Below, piece after piece: positions 50,501 to 60,600 of a stretch of DNA of 64,000 nucleotides (position 1 is the stretch's first letter; each line of letters starts with the position of its first letter). The notes under the pieces were generated by a model. That model saw nothing but the letters and a program-made list of their open reading frames with translations, was not told the origin of the DNA and did not search any database. The stretch comes from Chrysemys picta bellii (lineage: Eukaryota): positions 20,708,001-20,772,000 of the forward strand of contig NC_088800.1 of NCBI RefSeq assembly GCF_011386835.1. Reading direction: 5' to 3'. Made by a program: the position numbers and the translations under genes.

Positions 50501-53500
50501 ACAGGAGGTATAGTGCTATGGTAACCTCTACCAAAGCCATCCCGAGGGAGTTTTAGAATGGTGGGATTAAAGTACTTTCCCCTTGCTGCCTCAGTCTTGT
50601 AGCTCTTAGGAGTTTAATGAATTTGGTGTGTCTTTTCTTCCACATCCCTAGCACTGTTCCCTGAAAGTATGTTCTCTCCTCTGACCCACTATAGGCTTCC
50701 CCAGTGGAATCTTTACTTGAGTGTTTAATAAGCAGCTGCTTTGAATTTCTTTGAATCTTTCAGGAGAGAAGCAAAAGCTTCAAGTAATTCTCCTGGTATT
50801 TGTTACATCAGTTGGGAATGGCATTCACAGAAGCCCATTCCACCCTATATTTTTCACAATAAGGTGGTCCTGTTAGCCTTGCTTTGGTGTTCTTGCAAGA
50901 TCATTTTCTGTATTCCATCTAGCTTGCCCTAATGGCAATTTGTCCGTACAAAATAATTTTTTTCCTAGAAAGGCTTTGGAAAGAATCTTAAAACCTGTAA
51001 AAAGAGCTCAAGGCTAGAGACCATCAAAGTCACTTATTATAGGCTTCCCAGCCAGCTTGCATAATAAAGTACCGATCCATCTAATCTACATAGGTGAAAC
51101 CAGTCCACAGAGAAGAATCATAAGGTAAGAATGTCTTGTGTAGTTTTAAATGTTAACCAGTGTACTTGCTAATATTGTCTGGCTTTGTTAACTTGATTTT
51201 TTTTTTTTTTCTATCCTTGTTTAGGTGGTGCAATGGTTGGTGGTTTTGCAGGAGGAATGGGAGCTTCTAGCATGGGCCCAGTAGGATCTGGAATGAGTAG
51301 GTTGATTGGGTTTCAACAGAATGTAAATGATCAATGTATAGATGTAGCAGAAGATTTTTGAAAATAATTAACTTGTTCTAGTGCAATACTTTCAGTGGCA
51401 GGAAAATATTCATGTATCAGTCCCAGGTTGTGATTGTAATTCTAATTGTTTTTGGAGGCGCTGTTTTGCTAGAGATGCTTTCCTTATATATATAGGGCCC
51501 TACTAAATTCACGGACTGTGAAATCAGGCCTCCCCGCCCAATGAAATCTAGCTATTGGGGGGGAGCGGCAGGGCTGGGAGCACCCCAACTGGGGGCTCAT
51601 ACTGTTCACTGGGCTCCAGCTGCTAGTCTGCTGGGATGGGGCTTCGTCTTCCCCTGCATGATCACTCAGAGGGGAGATCAAACCCATCTTTGGGGTACCC
51701 AGAGGTGGGTCTGATCTCTCTCTTTCCTCCCCCTCCCCAGGCCATGCAGTGGAAGAGGAAGTCCTGTCCCTCCACAGTCCGGCCCAGACTAGCAGCTAGG
51801 AGCCTCCAACTGGGGCGCTTATAGCAGTACCGGGGAGATCAGACCCACCTCCAGGAACCTTCCCTGGCTGCAGGAAGCATTATGGCAATCCTGCGACCTG
51901 CCCGCCCCCCTCATCCCCCCCCTCCTCCTCCACACACAACAGCTTTGTCTTACACACACCCTCCCTCCCCCTCCCCCCCCGATGCCCTTTTAGGTTGGGG
52001 CCCCCACGATTACAACACAGTGAAATTTCAGATGCAAACATCTGAAAGTGTGAAATTGACCAATTTAAAAACCCTCTGGCCGTGAAACTTACCAAAATGG
52101 ACCATGAATTTAGTAGGACCCTATTTATATATAAACACTGAGTTTCCTCCTCGTTCACTACATCCTTTCTAACTCTTAATCTGATGTTGGAATTTGTCAG
52201 ACTTCTTAGTTTGCTAAGTATTTTTGACGAAAGGAGCAGCATTCTGGTAAGCTTTTTGCCAGAAGAAAGATAGGGTGAGTTATTTGTAAGAATCCTACAA
52301 ACAACTCTGATTTTTCAATACTGTAACTTTTGCAGTAAGTAAAGGATGCTAGAAACCATCATTTGTGGTCTAGAATTTCAGACGTAATTCAGTTAACTTC
52401 TTTGTGTAGCGGTCTAATCTTGAACTTGTGTAAAGGCAACATTCATAGCCAGTATGACATGACATGGCATGACACCTTCACACTGGGATAGTTGAAAGAC
52501 AGTAATGCCTTGCAATTGGCTATTTTGGGTGGCACATTAGGAAATCCACCTCCTTGATACTCAAGACATGTGGATGAAGTTGAAGCTCCTGCCTTACCTG
52601 AATTTTAATTGTGGATTCATAAAATTTTCAAGAGGATATTTATCTGAGTGCCAGTAGTTTCACATGCATGACACATACTAATGTGCTTTAAAATAGCATT
52701 TGGTGTTGGAAAGTCCAGGCTTCTGATATCAAGTAGGGGCTATTAATGCCAATCCAGTTTAATATCCAAATAACCCTTTCTTTAGAAGATGATGCCATCA
52801 GGTAGGTAAAAGTGTATCTGCATTCAGGAAAACTGACATATTTTTATTTTGCCTTCCTGGATTATAATGCTCGAATCATCCATGTTCTAAAACTTCTACA
52901 AAATTTTCATTTCATCTTTTTGGTCCCCTGTATGACTTAGTGAAATTTGAAAATCATTGAACTTTCAATTCCTGTGAGGTTTGTGATGTTACTCATTGGA
53001 ATGTTTTTTTTATAGATGCAGTACTAGTCCATCAACACTTCTGTATCTGCTACTTGGTACCGATATTTTGATAATTCAGAAATGTTCAAATAAAAACATT
53101 TTAGTAACTTGCAAAGAATGTAATAACTGTGATCAGGCTAACATGCTAATATTTGAATCTGCTTGGAGCTTATAGGAAATATGACAAATTTCATTATGCT
53201 CTGTACTAGATCAGTTTTCTTACCTAAAATGACTGCATTTTCACTACACAAGAGATCTAATTAGTTAAGTTCACTTATGATACAGCTATAACTTGCATTT
53301 AAATTAATATCATGAAGTAAACTTGATTTTATTTCCTGAACATCTTTTCTTCCTCTCTCTGCCTAGGTGGTGGAATGGGTGGTATGAATAGTATGACTGG
53401 AGGAATGGGAATGGGGATGGATCGGATGAGCTCCAGTTTTGATCGAATGGGACCAGCTATGGGAGCTGGCCTGGACAGGAACATTGATATGGATCGAGGA

Positions 53501-56500
53501 TTTGTGGCTGGCCCGATGGGAAGTGGTGTGAGAGAGAGAGGTTCTAAAGGCAACCAGATATTTGTCAGAAATGTAAGCATGTGAATTCAAACAAACAGCT
53601 ATTTTTTCCACTCTGTGTCTGTATATATTATTAATACCTGTTTTCATTCTAGCTTCCATTTGACTTGACCTGGCAGAAGCTAAAAGAGAAATTCAGTCAG
53701 TGTGGTAAGTATATGGAAGGCTGCAAATGTTGTTGTCCTGCATAAGCCATAAAGTAAGAGCTTAACAAATGTCCAGTCTACAGGGACAGTGGGATGTAGT
53801 TATTGCCTAGACAAAATGTTAAATAGCCTGAAGAGTAGTCTGGCCAGCCTTATCCTGCACACATACCTTAATTTCTGGGAAAATTACTGTACTAAATTTA
53901 CCCGTGCGACTTTAGATGTGACTTACAGCTGGAGCCAAATTGTTTTTGTTCAGCTAGATGGGCCTGGTCTATGTATTCTCTGAGGGCTGTGGCTTATAAA
54001 ATAATTCTTGCTATATTGTTTGGCTTTGTGTATGGAAGAAATGCAGGATTGCTGTGGATATTTAACATAGCATTGATTTATGCGGGTACTTCGGAATGCC
54101 TTTATCGCCCTATTGCTAAAAATGCATGAATCATGGGGCTTAGATGTAAGAACAAACAACTTGTTTCCCCCTTTGAAAACTCACTTTCTGAACTCCGAAC
54201 CTAATTAGCTTTTTTTACTTTGCGGGGGGGGGGAGAGGAGGAAGAAATAATTCTCAGCATAGCACTGCCATCTGATATGTTGAATAGACAGTCAAACATT
54301 TGTGCTGTACAAATTTGATAGCTAATGTACATAGGTTTTGTCCAAGCAAATGAAGTTGCAGGTATTCCTGCTTTTGACTTCATGCAAAGATGTTCACTGC
54401 TGGGATGTTATGGGTACATCTACAAAGCAAAAAACAACACAAAAAACCTGCGGCAGTGAATCTCAGAGCCCAGGTCAACTGACTTGGGCTGGCACTACAG
54501 GGCTAAAAATAGCAGAGTAGACACTCCTGCTTCGGCTCTGAAACCTGGGGGCGGGTATGGGAACCTCAGGGCCTGGGCTCCAGCTTGAGTGGGAACATCT
54601 ATATTGCTGTTTTTAGCCCTGTAGTGCAAGCCCGAGTCAGTTGACCCAGATTTTGAGACTTACTGCTACAGAGGGTGTGTGGCGTTTTTCTCCCCCCTCC
54701 CCATGTTGATGTAACCTCTGAGACTGTGTTTATGCTACTTGGCAGGAGTGCATAAGATAGTAAACTGTTTTCCAGTCTCTTGCGGCTATTTTTGTAACTA
54801 AACTTTCTTCCTCTTGGCTATCTTCAGGTTTTACTGTTGTGCCTAGAACCAATAGAGCTCCATTGTACTTGGCATTGTACAAACATAAAACAAAAGATAG
54901 TCTCTGCCCCAAACAGTAGTAACCATTTTTTTGCAATTGCGCTAATCTTAATAGCTGCCTTCTTTCCATGAGTAACCTACGTTGCATCTTAAAATTAAAA
55001 GAATTTTGTGAACATTGGAAGAATGTGGAATTAAAATGTGGAAAAACCTTTACAAGCCATTCTGCAAATATTAGTATAAAGGAGAAGCAGGGAGGGGAAC
55101 TAAGGAGAAGTATGAAAACAGAATCTCTGTTTAAGGGTTGTCTAAATACAGTTTTTTGTACTGCTTTAGCTATATCCGTTTCTAAACCAATAATACTGGT
55201 ACAACTGCCTAGTGTAGATGCAGTTATACAGTTATAAAGGTGCTTTTACCAGAATAGTGTTTATCCATAAATTTACAGAAATAAGCTATACTGAAAAGAA
55301 TCTTTACCTGTGCCCACAGTATCCCTGTTTCTAAACAATGCAATTTCTGTTCGGATTTAACTAAATGATCCCTAGAAATGCATCTGCTTTTCTTTGACAA
55401 TCTTCACTGCAGCTAACGTAGTAATTGTTGAATGATTTTAAGAAAAGAATGATTAGTACAAATCAGAAAAATCTGTACATCATGCAAATATCATTAAGGG
55501 ACTACAAAGAATATCTGTCTCTAAATGTTTCATCTCTTTCTGTGAAAAGTCAGTCTTATATTGTGAGTGTCTCAAAAATGAGGCCTACATTTTAGAGAGG
55601 TTTGCCTACTTTTGGTGGCTTGGCTGTATTAGCATGGTGTAGCTAAAAGGATAGCTCATTATGAAATGTCTACCTTAAAACACCTAGTTAATGACTAGTT
55701 TTCTGTCTTGAGTGCTTTTTTAAATCTTGCGTCTTCTAAAGAAGTGTATTGAGGATAAAGGAATGTCCATTCATGAGAAGTCATCTAATTCTTATTTCAG
55801 TAATCACTCCAGTAACAGAACTTCCACTCCATTTGATCTGTACTATGATTGTTTTACTGTAACATGCACCTAGTAAGTAATCACCATGTGATTGCTAGCA
55901 TCTTTAAACTGCCTGATAGCTCAAATTGTGGCTGAAAGGGGCTCAAAACTGGTCTTATTCTGATAGGATTCTTCTGTTTGTGCAACTGAGCTCAACTAAT
56001 TCAAGCAAAAGCATGTTTAATTCTATACTGGTATGAGACCAGAACTGTTGCTATTTGTGTAGACCAAGGAGTTTTCATACTCTGATTCTTGTCTGCTGTA
56101 TTGATACTTATGTTTCCTTTCAATAAGTAAACGCTACCTGAATGTATTGGAATAGCAACTCTTATGTTTTAACTTATTTTTTTTATTAAAATGTAATTGA
56201 CACCTCAGATTGACCCAAAGATTCAGTCTGCTGTAAGATGGATGCAAACTTTATACTTGGTTAGTCCATTTGATGGTAGTATGTTTTTAGATTGTATTTT
56301 AACATCTAAACTTAGATGCTTCCTAAAAAAAATTTTTTAAATGTCTTTCTACCTTAATCTGTCATTGGATCTCTAACTTGGTAGTGCAATGTAGCCTTTA
56401 TAGTAACTGCTGTTTAACTTATTTATTCAGGTCATGTAATGTTTGCTGAAATAAAAATGGAGAATGGAAAATCAAAAGGCTGTGGAACAGTCAGGTTTGA

Positions 56501-56594
56501 CTCACCAGAATCTGCTGAAAAAGCCTGTAGAATAATGAACGGCATAAAAATCAATGGCAGAGAAATTGATGTACGCTTGGATCGCAATGCATAA
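32047..56594 (+). CDS. MYEF2: Myelin expression factor 2 (three RRMs, Gly/Met-rich linker; hnRNP M paralogue), 18 coding exons, 1908 nt / 635 aa
   Basis: Exons joined by hand with GT-AG ends and consistent phase: 32047-32195, 36231-36460, 37654-37706, 38945-38952, 39062-39155, 40066-40257, 41071-41224, 42257-42306, 42396-42459, 42623-42724, 43961-44011, 44089-44160, 44242-44337, 44501-44599, 51225-51296, 53367-53572, 53653-53704, 56431-56594. Peptides [73 protein letters not shown]...IDVRLDRNA* match MYEF2. Confidence 0.97.
36231..36460 (+). CDS. MYEF2: MYEF2 exon 2 (PY-NLS, RRM1 RNP2)
   Basis: tag|G GAT AAT...GAA AAA G|gtaact; encodes KNRFHPY and RVFISNIPY. Confidence 0.96.
37654..37706 (+). 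CDS. MYEF2: MYEF2 exon 3
   Basis: [18 protein letters not shown]; tag| and |gtaagt. Confidence 0.95.
38945..38952 (+). CDS. MYEF2: MYEF2 exon 4, 8-nt microexon GGTTGTGG
   Basis: gtag|GGTTGTGG|gtaagt; required to restore frame and the RGCGVVEF RNP1. Confidence 0.93.
39062..39155 (+). CDS. MYEF2: MYEF2 exon 5
   Basis: [31 protein letters not shown]. Confidence 0.95.
40066..40257 (+). CDS. MYEF2: MYEF2 exon 6
   Basis: [13 protein letters not shown]...[10 protein letters not shown]. Confidence 0.96.
41071..41224 (+). CDS. MYEF2: MYEF2 exon 7 (RRM2)
   Basis: [14 protein letters not shown]...AIEAVQAI; followed by the U12-type donor GTATCCTTT. Confidence 0.96.
41225..42256 (+). other. MYEF2: U12-type (minor spliceosome) GT-AG intron
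   Basis: 5' end GTATCCTTT; branch site TTCTTTGAC at 42237-42245, 11 nt before the 3' end; little polypyrimidine tract. Confidence 0.88.
42257..42306 (+). CDS. MYEF2: MYEF2 exon 8
   Basis: [17 protein letters not shown]. Confidence 0.95.
42396..42459 (+). CDS. MYEF2: MYEF2 exon 9
   Basis: [21 protein letters not shown]. Confidence 0.92.
42623..42724 (+). CDS. MYEF2: MYEF2 exon 10
   Basis: [34 protein letters not shown]. Confidence 0.94.
42853..43879 (-). mobile_element. TA-flanked MITE (Tc1/mariner-like termini), copy 1
   Basis: TA|CTCCTAGGGGAATTCTGCAC ... GTGCAGAATTCCCCCAGGAA|TA; carries a nested hAT MITE. Strand is relative to copy 2. Confidence 0.8.
43071..43511. mobile_element. hAT-Charlie-like MITE nested in the TA-flanked MITE
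   Basis: TIRs CAGGGGTGACCAAC / GTTGGTCACCCCTG; perfect TSD CCCTGGAG (43063-43070 and 43512-43519). Confidence 0.9.
43961..44011 (+). CDS. MYEF2: MYEF2 exon 11
   Basis: [17 protein letters not shown]; 51 nt, phase 1-1. Confidence 0.92.
44089..44160 (+). CDS. MYEF2: MYEF2 exon 12
   Basis: [24 protein letters not shown]; 72 nt, phase 1-1. Confidence 0.9.
44242..44337 (+). CDS. MYEF2: MYEF2 exon 13 (probable cassette)
   Basis: tttacatag|GG ATG GGG AGT...GGA G|gtaagt; [32 protein letters not shown]; 96 nt, phase 1-1. Confidence 0.85.
44501..44599 (+). CDS. MYEF2: MYEF2 exon 14 (NAGNAG acceptor)
   Basis: [33 protein letters not shown]; ctcagcag acceptor; 99 nt, phase 1-1. Confidence 0.92.
45136..45796 (+). 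mobile_element. TA-flanked MITE, copy 2, inverted relative to copy 1
   Basis: TA|CTCCTGGGGGAGTTCTGCACC ... GGTGCAGAATGACCCCGGGG|TA; internal segments are reverse complements of copy 1. Confidence 0.8.
46771..47083. mobile_element. hAT-Charlie-like MITE
   Basis: Termini CGGGGGTAGGCAACC / GGTTGCCGACCCCTG; perfect TSD TTTTACAC (46763-46770 and 47084-47091). Confidence 0.9.
47600..48700 (+). mobile_element. Possible highly decayed DIRS-type retroelement (RNase H region)
   Basis: The ORF at 48348 contains [12 protein letters not shown], resembling the DIRS RNase H motif HVLVRSDNTT. Boundaries are guesses. Confidence 0.25.
48967..50445 (-). mobile_element. 5'-truncated CR1 LINE with decayed RT, antisense in MYEF2 intron 14
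   Basis: Minus ORFs with [76 protein letters not shown]; the CR1 3' UTR lies at the low-coordinate end. Confidence 0.92.
51225..51296 (+). CDS. MYEF2: MYEF2 exon 15
   Basis: [24 protein letters not shown]; 72 nt, phase 1-1. Confidence 0.9.
51493..52123. mobile_element. hAT MITE with TAGGG termini
   Basis: TIRs TAGGGCCCTACTAAATTCACGG / CCATGAATTTAGTAGGACCCTA; TSD TATATATA / TTTATATA (7/8). Confidence 0.85.
53367..53572 (+). CDS. MYEF2: MYEF2 exon 16
   Basis: [12 protein letters not shown]...[12 protein letters not shown]. Confidence 0.95.
53653..53704 (+). CDS. MYEF2: MYEF2 exon 17
   Basis: [17 protein letters not shown]. Confidence 0.95.
54412..54716. mobile_element. Fold-back Harbinger-like MITE in the last MYEF2 intron
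   Basis: Termini GGGTACATCTACA / TGTTGATGTAACC; long internal inverted arms. Confidence 0.75.
56431..56594 (+). CDS. MYEF2: MYEF2 exon 18 (RRM3, stop)
   Basis: [57 protein letters not shown]. Confidence 0.97.
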
Positions 56595-56924
56595 TTTAAA
56601 ACTGTGTTCAGGAACATTCCTATGTCTGTTTAGCTTCTATATCCTAGTAAGTCATTTTTAGTAACATTGTATGCTTACAAAAGCGGTAAAAACAAACTTT
56701 TAAATCCCACCAGCCTTTAACAGTATAGTGTTTAATATACTGTGATTCTTGGTAACTAAATCTTACTATGTTTGGTTTTTAAGGACAGTTTGCCCGATTT
56801 TCAGAGGTACTAAACACCTGCAGTCCCCTTAAAGACAGCGGAAGCTGTGGATGCTTGGCACCTCTGGAAAATTAGGCCAAGTGTCTCTAGTCATTCAGTT
56901 TAAATGAATGGTTATACTGTTTTT

Positions 56925-56930
56925 AATAAA
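56925..56930 (+). terminator. Probable MYEF2 polyadenylation signal
   Basis: AATAAA about 330 nt after the stop, with T/GT-rich sequence downstream. Confidence 0.55.
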
Positions 56931-57215
56931 ATAAGCCATTTTCTCTGTTCTCAAGATTGCATAGTGGGATTTGTTTAGTGTTTCAGATTCCTTCAGCTCG
57001 TATCAACATTGTAATGTAAAAAATTAGATGTCCCTTCCAGAATTTTGGTTTTATATATGCATTGTAGTCACACTGTAATTCTTGACTCTAAAAAAAAAAA
57101 AAAAAAGGGCTCCAATTAGGCTGTGATGTTGTTTTATTTTTAAGATTACTTTTATGCCATGATTTAGAGCTTCTGTAAATAAGTTTTAGAGCCCAAAGGG
57201 AGTTTTGGATTTTTT

Positions 57216-57221
57216 TTTATT
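57216..57221 (-). terminator. Candidate SLC24A5 polyadenylation signal (a second at 57133-57138)
   Basis: Plus-strand TTTATT = minus-strand AATAAA, about 70 nt after the SLC24A5 stop. Confidence 0.45.
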
Positions 57222-57289
57222 TGACTAAATGAAGAAATTGATCCTCTCTCATTGTTTTGTGTCTTCCTCAGTACAGTCACTGGCTAAAA

Positions 57290-57612
57290 CTAGCCACCAC
57301 AGACCTTTACAGGATTGTTCCCTATGATCCCAAGTTCATATAAAATTGACAATATAGTAAATACTAAGTACATTACTAGACAGATTGCTCCCAGTTTTTT
57401 ATCTAACTTCCAACCATTCAAGTGAACTGCCAGAAAAATAAAAATAATGGAACAAATAAGAGAAATAGCTGTGTAAGTCAAACCACTGCTATTCACTTCC
57501 ACAGGTGCTGATGTATCTATGAAGGCAGTTTTTATAAACCAAGGTAATCCCAAACACAGCATGTCGAATACATTGGATCCTACAATGTTAGACATAGCCA
57601 TATCTCCTTTTC
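57290..57612 (-). CDS. SLC24A5: SLC24A5 last coding exon
   Basis: tttttcag|GA AAA GGA GAT ATG; stop at 57290-57292. Confidence 0.96.
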
Positions 57613-60600
57613 CTGAAAAACAAAAAACACTGAGTGTTCATTTAATTTTATTGCACTGTAGAAAGAATTTTCTAAGCATCTCCCTAAACTACGAGCATCT
57701 ATATCGAGATCACTTGATAAAGTAAGCTATATACCACTGGCTAAAATCAATCCTGTTGGAACACAATTAAACTTGCAGTTTTATAGTAGTCATAATTCTT
57801 GTTCAACAGCAATCAGACATTTCCTAAAATGTTTGATATATTTTTTTTTAACTTTAAATTTTAGAAGGCTAAGCTACAATTGACTTTAGGTGAACTTCAG
57901 TATTTAATACTAATGAATTTTGTTTTAAACACTCAAAACAGTAGCAGCTTTATGACTTGCGCTGTGAACCTTTCAGATATAGTGAAATATCTGTGAGACC
58001 TCTCTGCCCTAGCTCCTAAAACAAGTTCTTAATGGAGTGAGCATGAATGCTGAAATTCTTACCTTTCCTAGCCACCAGTACACTTGCAACTGTGTCTGGT
58101 ATGCTTGTCCCTGCTGCTAGTAATGTAAGACCCATTACTGTCTCTGGAATTGCCAGCGTATCACCTGTAGTGAATAAACAAGGACACTGAGTAACAACAC
58201 ATTTCATAGGTGAAGTCTGGTCCGAGGAAACTGCTACATATGTTTTTACCAGAGAAAGAAAGGATTGGTATTTGTATGCTAATTCCAAAAGGAATCCATG
58301 CGAGCCAGTAAGAATTCAAGATAGCTTAACTTTATTTACTGAAATCTTACAGGCTTGACACTGATTTCATTTAAACTTTTTTACTAGCCAGTGGTTATTT
58401 ACTAATGGAACAAGCACCTTCAGTAACATGATGTGGAATTTGTTTTCCGTTTGAAAATAAATATGCCCACTCAGCTAGAGATAAGGAGGCTATTACTGAC
58501 TTCCTGCAGATACAGTAAAAGTGAGAGGTTTCTGACAATTGTGACACTTTTTTTGAACTGCTGAAAATAGACTAATCCCTTGTGTTCTTTGGGCATTTTA
58601 TCACATGAGTTCTGGAAGTCACATGAAGCAGTAACCCCTTTACTCATTCACTCTTGAAAAAAGCACATGAACTCCCTGAGGAGACATATGAAAAGACTTT
58701 AAATAGTCCAAATTCATTGCTGTGAAACTTCACTTCTGTCAAAAAATGCAACTTTCCAAGTCTTAGTAGTCATACATAGCAAAATGCTAAGTAAAATATA
58801 ATTGCAACACTTCTTATTTAGAACCCTACGTTTCCCACAGGTACATACTAGTTTTCTCACATTAACTTCAGTAGCAGTACACTATTTTCTTCCCTGCTAG
58901 CAGCCATTAATACTTTGAAAATGGATTAACTCCTACTCTTCATCTTTGTGCTTCAGTTGCTTAACTAAAATTTAAAGATAAATTCAAATCCAAGTTAAGC
59001 AATTCTATCTTTTGGGGCTAACCTTGAGCAGCCTTTAGTTTTGATTTTACTGTCAAGCAGATGTCGTCATTTGTTTCTCCTAATGCAGTATTCATAAAAC
59101 TTGGGCAGAAAGTTTGAAGGATTTGATCTGTTTAAACTCTTAACTTGTTTTTTAATGGATAATTTAATTCACTTTACTGAAAAGTGTATTGTCTACCTCT
59201 AAATTTTGTTGTTGTGGGTCTTCCATCCATAATAGTAAGGGTTTTGACCAACCGTAATAAGCAGTTTTGTTAGACTGAATTATTCAGTGGATTGTCTGTA
59301 AACTTAGGTGCACTGTAGTTGCATTCCAAATACCAGCTTAGGTCAGTTAGAGGCAAAACTTAAAAATAGGGAATCTAAAACTGCTGCTTCTCTGTTGGAA
59401 GGGATTGAAAGTGATTCTGATCTGGAATTTGTAATGGTCCAAACCCTCCCTCCCAAGATTAAGGCATAAGTGTAGGAAGAAAGTCAGCTTGTAAACCAAG
59501 AAGGCTAAAAAGTAATAGGCAAGACAAGGGGGAGCTGAAGCATGAATCTCTTAGCCTATGGGACAAAGTGCTAGCTTCTAGCCCTAGAAGGTAAGATTGG
59601 AACCTAAACGGAAGTGAGTCTGAGCTCTTTCCTCACTACATAGTTTTATCAGCTTCATAGTTCAAGTGCAGATCTAGCCTGGTAAGTGACTATGTGAAGA
59701 TGGGACTAATATGTACTAATAGGGAATTTGAACATAAGACCGGCCACACTGGGTCAGACCAAAGGTCCATCTAGCCCAGCATCCTGTCTTCCGATAGTGG
59801 CTGATACCAGGTGCCCCAAAGGGAATGAACAGAATAGGTAATCATCAAGTGATCCATCTTGTCGCCCATTCCCAGCTTCTGGCAAACAGGCTAGGGACAC
59901 CATCCCTACCCATCCTGGCTAATAGCCATTGATAGACCTATCCTCTACGAATTCATCAATTTTTGTTGTTAGATTCTATTTGTATGCACCAGAATTAAGT
60001 TCCAGTATGTTAAACCTGTACAAACCCTGTGAAGTTCAGGAGCAGGATAGGTGTTAGCATTACCTTTTACAAAAACTGATTTGTGAAAAGAAAAGAACCC
60101 AGGTTGAATATGCAGGGCTATCAAAAGCTTTATATTGTATACAGAACAAACATAGTTTGAAGTCAGTGAGAGACAGACTCCCTCCCAATACCACTTTTAA
60201 TCACTTTTCAAAGTAGACCAGCACTCGACCCTGTTTGAAACTTTGGCATACCCACTTTTCACATTGTCATGGCTCTAACTAGCAGATCAGCAATCCCTCT
60301 CGCCTGCAATATGGGAAAGCTTGTCAAAGATTCCTAGCTCACTACACTAAATTACCTGCTTTTACCTATGAGTGAATGAAGTAGGGGCTGAATTACCTCT
60401 ATCAGTACACTAGACCACGTGACAGCTAGTTGTTTAATTTTGGTTGTCTCAAACTACACAAACCTCTGTTGGCAGGATTGTTTTTCCTTATTTAAGATAT
60501 TCAATTAGAATTAATTCAAAACCAATTAGGATGTGAATTAGTAGACTACATAGGCAGACTTAAAGTGAGCTACAAAGGAGAAATGCAAGGGTTGTACCGC

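Noticed and set aside
53329-53659. Minus-strand ORFs with IPIP/HPHSH repeats
   Set aside because: Antisense shadow of the GGA-ATG repeats in MYEF2 exon 16.
57090-57106. A17 run as the tail of a retroposed insert
   Set aside because: No upstream SINE or cDNA body and no TSD seen. Treated as a simple homopolymer that may cause internal oligo-dT priming.
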